Shown in pieces: positions 17,310 to 28,564 of a DNA stretch of 64,000 nt (the stretch's first letter is position 1; each line of letters begins with the position of its first letter). The notes below the pieces were generated by a model, which ran no database searches, had not been told where the DNA came from, and worked only from the letters and a program-made list of their open reading frames with translations. Made by a program: the position numbers and the translations under genes. This stretch comes from Terriglobales bacterium. Its GTDB lineage: Bacteria > Acidobacteriota > Terriglobia > Terriglobales > SCQP01. Where the stretch lies: contig DATKSZ010000014.1 in NCBI GenBank assembly GCA_035531375.1, positions 23,031 to 87,030 on the forward strand, in the 5' to 3' direction.

Positions 17310-19157
17310 ATGATGAATTGTGCCTTGCACAGGCGCCGCATCCCCACCGCCATCTGGGCGACCCTGCTGGGCGCCTTGGCGATGCTGGCCGCGGGCTGCA
17401 ACACCTACTACATCCCCCCGCCGCCCGTGTCCATCTTCATCAACAGCTACTCCAGCTCGTTGGTGATCAGTACCCTCGACAGCAGCGGCCAACTGGTGCC
17501 CTCCACCTTGCAATTGCAGGCGGCGGTGAGCAATAGCCCCGACACCGGCATCATCTACTCCGTCGGCCAATTGGGCAACTACATCGTGGGAGGCAACAAC
17601 CTCTGGGGCTACGTGGACAACAACGGCGTCTACACCGCCCCCACCGTCATCCCCACCCCCAACCTGGTCACCATCCAGGCCACCGCCCACGCCGACCCCA
17701 CCCAAAAGGCCACCACCACCATCGCCCTGCTCAACCCCACCGCCTCCGCCGTCAGCGTCGCGCCCAGCGTGGTCACCGCCGGCCAAAGCGTGACCTTGGA
17801 TATCGTGGGCCAGTATTTCGCCCCCGGCGCCACCGTCAATCTCAGCGGCGCCCAGATCGGCGCGGTGCAATACCTTAGCAGCTACGAGCTCAAGGTGCCG
17901 GCCCAGATCCAATCCCCCGGCCTGCTCTCGCTCAGCGTGGTCAACCCCGACCCCTTTGGCAGCACCAACTCCATCGTCCTCCGCAGCCTGCCCTCCAGCC
18001 CCGCCTCCTCCGGCGCCGTGGCGGTGGTGATTGGCCCGGCCGGCAATGACAGCAGCGGCAACCCCATCATCGCCACCAAGGCCTACATCCCCGAGCCGGG
18101 CAGCCTGGCCGTGGTCAACCTGGACGCCAACAAGCAGATCGCCTCTGTGCCCCTGCCCACCGGCTACACCGCCAGCTTAGCGGCTGCCGATCCCGCCGAA
18201 AACGAGGTGATCGTGGCCAGCGCCGCCAGCAATCTGCTGCAGGTGGTGGACGCCGACCACGAACAGGTGGCGCGTTCCCTCCCCGCCCCGGTAGTGGGCA
18301 CCACCACGGTGGATGGCGCCCCCTGCGGCATCTGCGCCATGGTTGTGGACAGCGCCCGCCACCGTGCCATCCTCGACACCGCCTCCGGCTACTTCGCCCT
18401 CAACCTCGACGACGGCACCTCCACCGCGCCCTTGGCCGCCCCCGCCGCCGCCACCTTCGCCTACGATCCCGCCACCCAGCGCATTTACGCGCCCTTCAAC
18501 AACAGCAACGGCAGCGGCATGAACGTCCTGGACCTGCTGGCGGGCACCGTGACCACAGTCACCCCCGGCAATGGCGAGATCTTTGGCACCGGCACCGACT
18601 CGGCCACGCTCGACCCCGCCACCGCCCTGGTGACGGTGGGCGACAACACCTCCGGCAATTTCCTCGCCCTCAATTTCAACAACGCCACCAACTCCCCCGG
18701 CGCCCTCCAGGCGCCCGCCACCCCCTTCGCCATCAGCGCCGGCTGCGCCGGCGCCTGGGACGCCATGGATCTGGATTTCACCAACCACGTGGGCTGGTTC
18801 GGCAACCTCGGCGGTTGCGTCGGCGTCGCCACCCTGCCCCCGGGCGCCGGCAGCGGCCCCCCCGGCCGCCCCAGCCTGATCGAGTGGGCGCAAGTGCCCG
18901 CCGCCCCCGACGGCCTGCCTTGGGCCAACACTCCCTTGGGCTCGCCCCACACCATCGCCGTCTACACCGGTCCCGACGGCCGCGCCTACGGCTTGGCCGT
19001 GCGCGCCGACTCCAGCTTCCTGCTCAAGATGGATCTGGCCCTCATGCAGGCCGCCTCCCCGGTGGTCGGCGGCGCCGACGCCAATCAGGTGGACCCCACC
19101 CAGGTCACCGTCAATACCCAGACGGTCTCCGCCGTCACCTTCATCCCCCTGCACTGA
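17310..19157 (+). CDS. Lipoprotein with Ig-like (IPT/TIG-type) repeats and a beta-propeller-like C-terminal region
   Basis: Track ORF 17034..19157 trimmed to ATG 17310: MMNCALHRRRIPTAIWATLLGALAMLAAGCNTYY, with an LAAGC lipobox. The segment VSVAPSVVTAGQSVTLDIVGQYFAPGATVNLSG...LSLSVVNPDPFGSTNSIVL is IPT/TIG-like. The repetitive beta-strand-rich remainder is unassigned. Confidence 0.8.
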   Translation: MMNCALHRRRIPTAIWATLLGALAMLAAGCNTYYIPPPPVSIFINSYSSSLVISTLDSSGQLVPSTLQLQAAVSNSPDTGIIYSVGQLGNYIVGGNNLWGYVDNNGVYTAPTVIPTPNLVTIQATAHADPTQKATTTIALLNPTASAVSVAPSVVTAGQSVTLDIVGQYFAPGATVNLSGAQIGAVQYLSSYELKVPAQIQSPGLLSLSVVNPDPFGSTNSIVLRSLPSSPASSGAVAVVIGPAGNDSSGNPIIATKAYIPEPGSLAVVNLDANKQIASVPLPTGYTASLAAADPAENEVIVASAASNLLQVVDADHEQVARSLPAPVVGTTTVDGAPCGICAMVVDSARHRAILDTASGYFALNLDDGTSTAPLAAPAAATFAYDPATQRIYAPFNNSNGSGMNVLDLLAGTVTTVTPGNGEIFGTGTDSATLDPATALVTVGDNTSGNFLALNFNNATNSPGALQAPATPFAISAGCAGAWDAMDLDFTNHVGWFGNLGGCVGVATLPPGAGSGPPGRPSLIEWAQVPAAPDGLPWANTPLGSPHTIAVYTGPDGRAYGLAVRADSSFLLKMDLALMQAASPVVGGADANQVDPTQVTVNTQTVSAVTFIPLH

Positions 19158-19169
19158 TCCCGCCCGGCC

Positions 19170-20090
19170 TCAGCCCAGCCGCACCGGCGTGGTGGCCATC
19201 AGGTAGAACGACGCCGCCACCACCGCGATCATCGCCCACCGGATCAGCCCCCAGGTGCGGATCTGCTGCTCGGTCAGCGGCGGATCGTCGCCCACCACCA
19301 TCCCCAGCCCAAACCCGCTGGCCAGCCCGCCCAGGTGGGCGAAGATGTCTATGCCTGGCATGAAACTCATCGCCACCGCAAATACCGCCCAGCTCACCGC
19401 CATGCCGCGCAATTGCTGTCCGGCGGCGGTGTGGCTGCGCCGCACCCCGTAGGCGATCATCAGGCCCAGTAGCCCAAAGATGGCCCCGCTGGCTCCCAGG
19501 CTGGCGTTGCCGAAGTAGCCCGACACCACATAGCCGAAGATCCCGGTCAGCATGTAGAGGGTGAAGAACTTGGCTCCGCCGTACAGCGACTCCACCATCG
19601 GGCCGATTTGGTACAGCGCGAACATGTTGAGGCCAATGTGCAGCAGGCCCCCGTGCAGAAAGCAGGCGGTCACCCAGCGCCAATACTGGTGCGTCGCCAG
19701 TTCATAGCTCAACGGCAGGCTCATGCCCAGCCGCACCGTCGCCGCCATGCTGGGGCCCGACATCAAGTGGGCCAGCATCGAGGTGCCCCCCGCCGCGTAC
19801 TCGACCACGAACATCACCAAGTTGGCCAGGATCAGCACCCCGGTCACCGGCACCTCGCCGGGCAGGGCGCGCCGCACCAGCTTGCCCGTCGGCCCGGTGC
19901 CAAACACCTTCAGCCGCTGCCCGCAATAGGGACAGGTGGCCTTCCCCCGCGGCACCAGCGCCCGGCACGAGGGGCACATCTTCTGCTCGGTGGTCAGCGC
20001 CTGCTCGGTCTGGCGCGCTCCCGCCTTCCACCCCTCCCAGCGGTTGCGTAGCTGGTTCAGCTTGAACCGCCATTTCGGCGACAGGGGCAT
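19170..20090 (-). CDS. Rhomboid family intramembrane serine protease with N-terminal zinc-ribbon
   Basis: CPSCRALVPRGKATCPYCGQ is a CxxC...CxxC ribbon. The rhomboid motifs are FLHGGLLHIGLNMFALY, the catalytic GASGAIFGLLG and FAHLGGLASG. Confidence 0.85.
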   Translation of the reverse strand: MPLSPKWRFKLNQLRNRWEGWKAGARQTEQALTTEQKMCPSCRALVPRGKATCPYCGQRLKVFGTGPTGKLVRRALPGEVPVTGVLILANLVMFVVEYAAGGTSMLAHLMSGPSMAATVRLGMSLPLSYELATHQYWRWVTACFLHGGLLHIGLNMFALYQIGPMVESLYGGAKFFTLYMLTGIFGYVVSGYFGNASLGASGAIFGLLGLMIAYGVRRSHTAAGQQLRGMAVSWAVFAVAMSFMPGIDIFAHLGGLASGFGLGMVVGDDPPLTEQQIRTWGLIRWAMIAVVAASFYLMATTPVRLG

Positions 20091-20095
20091 GCTGG

Positions 20096-20629
20096 CTAGG
20101 CCACCCGCTCGATGCGCACCTGCTGCAGCACTACCGGCGTCTTGGGCCGGTCGTGGGCATCCCGCGGCGTGTTGGCGATCTTTTCCACCACGTCGTAGCC
20201 CTCCACCACCTGCCCAAACACCGAGTGCTTGCGGTCCAGCCAGGTGGTCGGCGCCACCGTCACGAAAAACTGCGAGCCATTGGTCCCCGGCCCGGCGTTG
20301 GCCATGGACAGCATCCCCGGCTGCGCGTGGTTCAGCTTGGGGTGGAACTCGTCGGCGAAGCGGTAGCCCGGTCCCCCCGTGCCCGTGCCCAGGGGGTCGC
20401 CCCCCTGGATCATGAAGTCGGGAATCACCCGGTGGAAGACCAAGCCGTCATAGAACGGCCGCTTCGCCTTGGCCCCGGTCTTGGGGTCGGTGAACTCCTT
20501 GCTGCCCTCGGCCAGGCCGGTGAAGTTGGCCACCGTGTTGGGCGCCTCCTGTTCGAACAGGAGGGCACGGAAGTCCCCCAGGGAAGTGGAGAAATGGGCG
20601 TACAGGCCGGGCGCGGCGGGCGTGGGCAT
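20096..20629 (-). CDS. ppiB: Peptidyl-prolyl cis-trans isomerase, cyclophilin type
   Basis: [31 protein letters not shown]...[16 protein letters not shown] is the canonical cyclophilin core. Confidence 0.95.
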   Translation of the reverse strand: MPTPAAPGLYAHFSTSLGDFRALLFEQEAPNTVANFTGLAEGSKEFTDPKTGAKAKRPFYDGLVFHRVIPDFMIQGGDPLGTGTGGPGYRFADEFHPKLNHAQPGMLSMANAGPGTNGSQFFVTVAPTTWLDRKHSVFGQVVEGYDVVEKIANTPRDAHDRPKTPVVLQQVRIERVA

Positions 20630-20685
20630 CGGCAGAGCGTCCTTTCACAATGGCTAGATGGTAGTCTAGCATTCGGATTCTGACT

Positions 20686-21624
20686 ATGCCGACTCGCAAC
20701 GTCGTGATTTTGGGCTCCGGCTGCGCCGGGCTCACCGCCGCCATCTACTGCGCCCGCGCCGGCCTGCAGCCGCTGGTGATCGAGGGCCGCGAGGCTGGCG
20801 GCCAGCTCAGCCTCACCACCCTGGTGGAAAACTTCCCCGGCTTCCCCGTCGGCATCCAGGGCCCGCAACTGATCGAGAACATGCGCGAGCAGGCCGCCGC
20901 CTTTGGCGCCGAGTTCGCCTCCGGCGACGTGGTCGCCGCCCAGCTCGGCCAGCGCCCCTTTGCCCTGCAACTGGACGACGCCGGCGCCGAGCCGCTCCGC
21001 ACCCATACCCTCATCATCGCCTCCGGCGCCCGCGCCCGTTGGCTCGACCTGCCCTCCGAGCAGGCCCTCATCGGCCACGGCGTCTCCAGTTGCGCCACCT
21101 GCGACGGCTTCTTCTTCCGCGGCAAGGACATCATCGTCGTCGGCGGCGGCGACTCCGCCATGGAGGAGGCCCTCTTCCTCACCCGCTTCGCCGCCTCCGT
21201 CACCATCGTCCACCGCCGCGCCGAATTCCGCGCCTCCAAGATCATGCTCGACCGCGCCCGCGGGCACGAGAAAATCCGCTGGATCCCCAACGCCCGCATC
21301 ACCGAGGTGCTCGACCTCGCCAAGAAAGAAGTCACCGCCGTCAAGCTCGAGTCCACCGACGGCGCCGCCCAGCGCTGGGAAATGCCCATCGCCGCCGTCT
21401 TCCTCGGCATCGGCCATGTGCCCAACACCCAGCCCTTCCGCGGCCAACTCGCCACCGACCCCGACGGCTACCTCGTCACCCGCGACTACGTGCACACCCA
21501 AATCGAGGGCGTCTACGCCTGCGGCGACGTGCAGGACCGCCGCTACCGCCAGGCCATCACCGCCGCCGGCACCGGCTGCATGGCCGCCATCGAGGTCGAG
21601 CGCTTCCTCGCCGAAGCCCACTGA
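20686..21624 (+). CDS. trxB: Thioredoxin-disulfide reductase
   Basis: VVILGSGCAGLTAAIY is the FAD GxGxxG motif. The redox-active CATCDGFFF and the NADPH motif VVGGGDSAMEEA are both present. Confidence 0.95.
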   Translation: MPTRNVVILGSGCAGLTAAIYCARAGLQPLVIEGREAGGQLSLTTLVENFPGFPVGIQGPQLIENMREQAAAFGAEFASGDVVAAQLGQRPFALQLDDAGAEPLRTHTLIIASGARARWLDLPSEQALIGHGVSSCATCDGFFFRGKDIIVVGGGDSAMEEALFLTRFAASVTIVHRRAEFRASKIMLDRARGHEKIRWIPNARITEVLDLAKKEVTAVKLESTDGAAQRWEMPIAAVFLGIGHVPNTQPFRGQLATDPDGYLVTRDYVHTQIEGVYACGDVQDRRYRQAITAAGTGCMAAIEVERFLAEAH

Positions 21625-21688
21625 GCCCGCCTCCGCCGCCCCGCCGGCGCAGCCTTTTGCCGCCGGGTAGGCTACCATAGCCTCTGGA

Positions 21689-22765
21689 ATGGATTATCGG
21701 GCACGACAATTGGCGCTGCGCGCGCGCCTAGCCAGCGCCGGGCTGGACGGGCTGCTGGTCGCCCACCTGCCCAACATCCGCTACCTCACCGGCTTCAGCG
21801 GCTCCAACGCCCTGCTGCTGCTCGAGCTCGGCCGCGCCACCCTTTACACCGACGGCCGCTACCGCCAGCAGGCCGCCCAGGAGGTCGCGCAGGCGCGGGT
21901 CGCCATCCCCCCCCAGGGCAACCTCTGGAAGGCGGCCGCCACCCAAGCCGCCAAGCTCCGCCGCCTGGGCTACGAGGACGACCGCGTCACCGTGGCCCAG
22001 CGCGCCCGTTTCCTCGCCGCTTGGCCGGGCAAGGCCGCCGCCCTCCGCCCCGCCAGCGGCTGGACCGAAGCTCTGCGCCTGCTCAAGCAGCCGCCCGAGG
22101 TCGCCGCCCTCCGCCGCGCCGTCGCTCTGGCCGCCTCCGTCTTTGCCCCCACCGTCGCCGCCATCCAGCCCGGCATGACCGAAACCGCCCTCGCCGGCCA
22201 ATTGGAGTTTGGCCTGCGCCAGGCCGGCGGCGAGGGCTTGGCCTTCGACACCATCATCGCCTCCGGCCCGCGCGGCGCCCACGTCCACGGCCGCCCCTCC
22301 GCCGCCCGCCTCCCCCGCCGCGGCTTCGTGGTCATGGACTACGGCGTCAAGCTCGGCGGATACCTCAGCGACATGACCCGCACCGTCCACCTCGGCCGCC
22401 CCAGTGTCCGCGCCCGCGCCGTCTACCACGCCGTGCGCGAGGCCCAGGCCGCCGCCCTCGCCGCCGTGCGCCCCGGCGTGCCCGCCTCCGCCGTCGACGC
22501 CGCCGCCCGCCACAGCCTCCGCCGCGCCGGCTTCGGCGCCTATTTCCCCCATTCCACCGGCCATGGCGTAGGCTTGGAGATACACGAGGCCCCGCGGCTG
22601 GCCGCCACCTCGTCCGATTTGCTGGCCGCCGGCCAGGTCATCACCCTGGAGCCAGGGGTGTATATTCCGGGCTGGGGCGGCGTGCGCATCGAGGACATGG
22701 TCCTGGTCACCGCCGGCGGCGCCGAAGTGCTCACCCCCACCCCCAAGGACTTGCTCTCCCTCTAG
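21689..22765 (+). CDS. M24 family Xaa-Pro aminopeptidase
   Basis: The creatinase-like N-terminus reads LPNIRYLTGFSGSN. The pita-bread metal ligands are VMDYGVKLGGYLSDMTRT, HSTGHGVGLEIHE and GVRIEDMVLVT. Confidence 0.9.
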   Translation: MDYRARQLALRARLASAGLDGLLVAHLPNIRYLTGFSGSNALLLLELGRATLYTDGRYRQQAAQEVAQARVAIPPQGNLWKAAATQAAKLRRLGYEDDRVTVAQRARFLAAWPGKAAALRPASGWTEALRLLKQPPEVAALRRAVALAASVFAPTVAAIQPGMTETALAGQLEFGLRQAGGEGLAFDTIIASGPRGAHVHGRPSAARLPRRGFVVMDYGVKLGGYLSDMTRTVHLGRPSVRARAVYHAVREAQAAALAAVRPGVPASAVDAAARHSLRRAGFGAYFPHSTGHGVGLEIHEAPRLAATSSDLLAAGQVITLEPGVYIPGWGGVRIEDMVLVTAGGAEVLTPTPKDLLSL

Positions 22766-22780
22766 CCGCACTACCCTCCC

Positions 22781-23263
<483 letters not shown>

Positions 23264-23269
23264 CCCTCC

Positions 23270-24667
<1,398 letters not shown>

Positions 24668-24675
24668 GCGCCGGC

Positions 24676-25365
24676 ATGAAGCTGCCGGCCCTCTACCCCA
24701 TCCTGGACGCCGAGATGGCCGCCGCCCGCGGCCACGATCTCCTCGCCTGCGCCCGCGGCTTCGCCTCCCTCGGCCTGGCGGTGCAGCAGTTGCGCGCCAA
24801 GACCCTCCCCGGCGGCGAGTTCTTGCGCCTCGCCGAGCGCCTCCGCGCCGTTGTCCCCTGCCTCATCGTCAACGACCGCCTCGACGTCGCCCTCGCCGCC
24901 CGCGCCGACGGCGTCCACCTCGGCCAGGACGACCTGCCCGCCGCCGCCGCCCAATCCCTAGCCCCCCCCCACTGGGTGCGTGGCCTCTCCACCCACAACC
25001 TCGAACAGGCCCGCCTCGCCGCCGCCAACCACCCCGGCTACCTGGCCCTCGGCCCGATCTTTTCCACCACCAGCAAGCTGAAACCAGACCCCGTGGTCGG
25101 CCTCCAAACCCTCAGCGCCCTGCGCCAAACCTACCGCGGGCCGCTGGCGGCGATTGGCGGCATTCGGTTGGACAACTGCGAAAGCGTGTGGCGCGCCGGC
25201 GCCGATGCCGTGGCAGTCATCTCCGCTCTCTGGACGGCCGAACAGCCGGTCGAGGCGGCGCGCCAGTTCCTGCTTGCCTTCGCCCAAGTTTCCTGCCACA
25301 GTACCCAGAAAAGTCCCGAGAAAAATCCCGCCCTTCGGCCGGGTACCCCCGATCCGCTTGCCTGA
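24676..25365 (+). CDS. thiE: Thiamine-phosphate synthase
   Basis: LYPILD...VQQLRAK...LIVNDRLDVALAARADGVHLGQDDL...LGPIFSTTSK...IGGI is the TMP-TENI fold signature. The coding sequence contains a C9 homopolymer at 24962-24970. Confidence 0.85.
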   Translation: MKLPALYPILDAEMAAARGHDLLACARGFASLGLAVQQLRAKTLPGGEFLRLAERLRAVVPCLIVNDRLDVALAARADGVHLGQDDLPAAAAQSLAPPHWVRGLSTHNLEQARLAAANHPGYLALGPIFSTTSKLKPDPVVGLQTLSALRQTYRGPLAAIGGIRLDNCESVWRAGADAVAVISALWTAEQPVEAARQFLLAFAQVSCHSTQKSPEKNPALRPGTPDPLA

Positions 25366-25372
25366 TCCCCCC

Positions 25373-26869
25373 ATGGCCACCAACAGCGCCACCTCCAAGG
25401 CCGCCCACGACACCGACGGCGTCAAGGCCCTCGGCCTGACCAGCGCCACCACCATCGTGATGGGCATCATGATCGGCTCGGGCATCTTCGTGGTCTCGCC
25501 CCAAATTGGCCGCCAAGTCGGCTCCCCCGCCCTGCTCATGCTGGTCTGGGCCATCACCGGCTTCATGACCATGGCCGGCGCGCTCTGCTACGGCGAGCTC
25601 GCCGCCGCCATGCCCCAGGCCGGCGGCCAATACGTCTACCTGCGCGAGGCCCTCGGCCCCCTGTTCGGCTTCCTCTATGGCTGGACCTCGTTCGTGGTGA
25701 TCCAAACCGGCACCATTGCCGCCGTCTGCATGGCCTTCGCCAAATACCTGGGCGTGCTCTACCCCAATGCCGTCTCGGAAACCCACTGGCTCTTCCACTT
25801 CGGCCACTTGGGCCCGGTGCAGTTGGGCCTCAATACCGAAGAGCTGGTCGCCATCCTGGTGATCGTCTTCCTCACTTGGCTCAACAGCCGCGGCGTGCGC
25901 GCCGGCGCCTGGGTGCAGAACGTCTTCACCTTCGCCAAAATCGCCGCCTTGGTCGGGCTGATCCTGCTGGGCTTGGTCTTCGCCCGCAACTCCGCCGTCA
26001 TGGCCGCCAACTTCAGCCACTTCTGGAGCCAGTTCTTCGCCGGCTTCTGGAGCCGCGGCAGCTTCAACCTGAGTGGCGCGGCCACCGGCGGCGCCATGGT
26101 GTCCACCGCCGCCATCGTGGTGGTGTTCGCCGCCATGGTGGGCTCGCTCTTCTCCTCCGACTCCTGGAACAACGTCACCTTCACCGCCGGCGAGGTGGTC
26201 AACCCCCGCCGCAACCTGCCCTTGTCGCTGGCGCTGGGCACCATGAGCGTCACCGCCATCTACCTGCTGGCCAACTTGGCCTACCTGGCGGTGCTGCCCT
26301 TCAACGCCATCGCCCACGCCCCCGAGGATCGCGTCGCCTCGGCCATGCTGGCCGTGATCTATGGCCACACCGGGGCGGTGCTGATCGCGGTGGCCATTCT
26401 GGTCTCCACCTTTGGCTGCACCAACGGCCTGATCCTCGCCGGGGCGCGCATTTACTACGCCATGGCCAAGGACGGGCTGTTCTTCAAGCGCGTCGCCCAT
26501 CTCAACCGCAACCAGGTCCCCGGCCGCGGCTTGTGGGTCCAGGGCCTGTGGGCCTGCCTGCTCTGCCTCTCCGGCAAGTACAACGACCTGCTGAACTACG
26601 TCATGTTCGCGGTGTTTTTGTTCTATATTTTGACCATCGCCGGGTTGTTCATCCTGCGGGTGAAGCAGCCCCGGCTGCCCCGCCCCTACAAGGTGATCGC
26701 CTACCCGGTGCTGCCGGCTGTCTATATCGCGCTGGCCATCTTTTTTGACGTGGTGGTGCTGTGGGTCTTCCCGCAGTATGCTGGCAGCGGACTGTTGCTG
26801 GTGCTGTTGGGGGTGCCGGTCTTCTACGTCTGGCGCATGCTGGGCAAGGGCAATCCGGCCCAGGCCTAG
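25373..26869 (+). CDS. APC superfamily amino acid permease
   Basis: Track ORF 25154..26869 trimmed to ATG 25373. LGLTSATTIVMGIMIGSGIFVVSPQI and a ~12-TM profile are consistent with the family. Confidence 0.9.
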   Translation: MATNSATSKAAHDTDGVKALGLTSATTIVMGIMIGSGIFVVSPQIGRQVGSPALLMLVWAITGFMTMAGALCYGELAAAMPQAGGQYVYLREALGPLFGFLYGWTSFVVIQTGTIAAVCMAFAKYLGVLYPNAVSETHWLFHFGHLGPVQLGLNTEELVAILVIVFLTWLNSRGVRAGAWVQNVFTFAKIAALVGLILLGLVFARNSAVMAANFSHFWSQFFAGFWSRGSFNLSGAATGGAMVSTAAIVVVFAAMVGSLFSSDSWNNVTFTAGEVVNPRRNLPLSLALGTMSVTAIYLLANLAYLAVLPFNAIAHAPEDRVASAMLAVIYGHTGAVLIAVAILVSTFGCTNGLILAGARIYYAMAKDGLFFKRVAHLNRNQVPGRGLWVQGLWACLLCLSGKYNDLLNYVMFAVFLFYILTIAGLFILRVKQPRLPRPYKVIAYPVLPAVYIALAIFFDVVVLWVFPQYAGSGLLLVLLGVPVFYVWRMLGKGNPAQA

Positions 26870-26885
26870 CTTTTAAGGAGACGCT

Positions 26886-28433
26886 ATGAGCATGAATCTG
26901 TTTGCGCGCAAAGACCTGCGGGCGATGCTTTCCGAGACCGAGGGCGAGCAGGGCGGCCTGAAACGCGCCCTCGGCCCCCTCAATCTGGTCACCCTGGGCA
27001 TCGGCGCCATCATCGGCACCGGCATCTTCGTGCTCACCGGCACGGTGGCCGCCACCGCCGCCGGTCCGGCGGTGGTGATCTCGTTTATCATCGCCGCCAT
27101 CGCCTCCGCCTTCGCCGGCCTCTGCTACGCCGAGTTCTCCGCCCTCATCCCCATCGCCGGCAGCGCCTACAGCTACGGCTACACCACCCTGGGCGAGATC
27201 GTCGCCTGGATCATCGGCTGGGCCCTCATCCTGGAGTACGCCTTCGGCGCCGCCACCGTCGCCGTCGGCTGGAGCGGCTACATCTCCAGCCTGCTGCAGA
27301 ATTTCGGCCTCTACCTGCCCGCGCAGATGACCGCCGCCCCCGGCACCCGCTTCGCCTTGTACCAGGGCCACTGGACCGCCGCCGCCAGCCTCACCGCCGC
27401 CCAGCTCGCCGGCGTCACCCAGTACATGACCGCCCACTTCAATCTGATGGCCTTCCTCGGCATCCTGGCCGTCACCGCCATCCTCGTCATCGGCGTGCAG
27501 GAATCGGCCAACGTCAACACCGCCATTGTCATCCTCAAGGTCTCGGTGCTGCTGGTCTTCATCGGCCTGGGCGTGGACTTCCTCTTCCTCGCCGGCCACA
27601 TGGCCGTCGCCAAGGCCAACTGGCATCCCTTCATCCCCCCCAACACCGGCCACTTCGGCGAGTTCGGCTGGTCCGGCATCCTGCGCGGCGCCGGCATCAT
27701 CTTCTTCGCCTACATCGGCTTCGACGCCGTCTCCACCGCCGCCCAGGAGGCCAAAAACCCCGCCAAGGACATGCCCGTCGGCATCCTCGGCTCGCTGGTG
27801 ATCTGCACCGTCCTCTATATCATCGTGGCCGGCATCACCACCGGCCTCAAGTCCTACACCGCCCTCAACGTCGCTGAGCCCATCGCCTTGGCGGTGGACG
27901 TCACCGGCGTCACCTGGGGCAGCATCCTGGTCAAGATCGGCGCCATCGGCGGCCTCTCCTCCACCATGCTGGTCATGCTGCTGGGCCAGTCCCGCATCTT
28001 CTTCACCATGTCCCACGACGGGCTGTTGTGGAAGTGGGCCAGCAAGGTCCATCCCAAGTTCAAGACCCCCTACATCTCCAGCATCCTGGTGGGCTCGGCG
28101 GTGGCCATCCTGGCCGCCGCCCTGCCCATCGCCACCCTCGCCGAGCTCACCAGCATCGGCACCCTGTTCGCCTTCACCATCGTCTGCGCCGGCGTCTGGA
28201 TCCTGCGCCGCCGCGACCCCGAGCTCAAGCGCCCCTTCAAGACTCCCTGGGTGCCGTTTGTTCCCATCATGGGCATGGTCGTCTCCCTCGCCCTGATGCT
28301 CTCGCTGCACCTGCTCACTTGGGAGGTCTTCCTGATCTGGCTGGCGATCGGGCTGGTGGTCTACTTCACCTACAGCCGCAACCACAGCCGCGTGCAGTTG
28401 GCGCTGCGCAAGGCCACCGGCGTCGGCCGCTAG
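26886..28433 (+). CDS. Amino acid permease (cationic amino acid transporter-like, APC superfamily)
   Basis: LKRALGPLNLVTLGIGAIIGTGIFVLTG is the typical CAT/YfnA-type N-terminus. The protein has a 14-TM-like profile, and GGAG lies upstream of the ATG. Confidence 0.9.
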   Translation: MSMNLFARKDLRAMLSETEGEQGGLKRALGPLNLVTLGIGAIIGTGIFVLTGTVAATAAGPAVVISFIIAAIASAFAGLCYAEFSALIPIAGSAYSYGYTTLGEIVAWIIGWALILEYAFGAATVAVGWSGYISSLLQNFGLYLPAQMTAAPGTRFALYQGHWTAAASLTAAQLAGVTQYMTAHFNLMAFLGILAVTAILVIGVQESANVNTAIVILKVSVLLVFIGLGVDFLFLAGHMAVAKANWHPFIPPNTGHFGEFGWSGILRGAGIIFFAYIGFDAVSTAAQEAKNPAKDMPVGILGSLVICTVLYIIVAGITTGLKSYTALNVAEPIALAVDVTGVTWGSILVKIGAIGGLSSTMLVMLLGQSRIFFTMSHDGLLWKWASKVHPKFKTPYISSILVGSAVAILAAALPIATLAELTSIGTLFAFTIVCAGVWILRRRDPELKRPFKTPWVPFVPIMGMVVSLALMLSLHLLTWEVFLIWLAIGLVVYFTYSRNHSRVQLALRKATGVGR

Positions 28434-28564
28434 CGCCAATCCTGCCTTCTCGCCCGCCGGCGACCCTGCGCCGTGCCCCTTCCACCCTGGGCACGCCCCG
28501 GCTGCCGCGCGCTGGCCGCCGCCCGCGTCCGCTCCGCTCCCAATGCTAGGCTAGAGGCAGCGCC

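Noticed and set aside
24962-24970. Homopolymeric C tracts considered as possible phase-variation switches: C9 inside thiE, C9 at 5605-5613 inside the giant gene, and C8 at 56081-56088 before the first kinase.
   Set aside because: Runs encoding Pro-Pro or Gly-Gly are expected at this GC content. The affected genes are housekeeping genes rather than surface-variation genes. Without population data there is no evidence of length variation.
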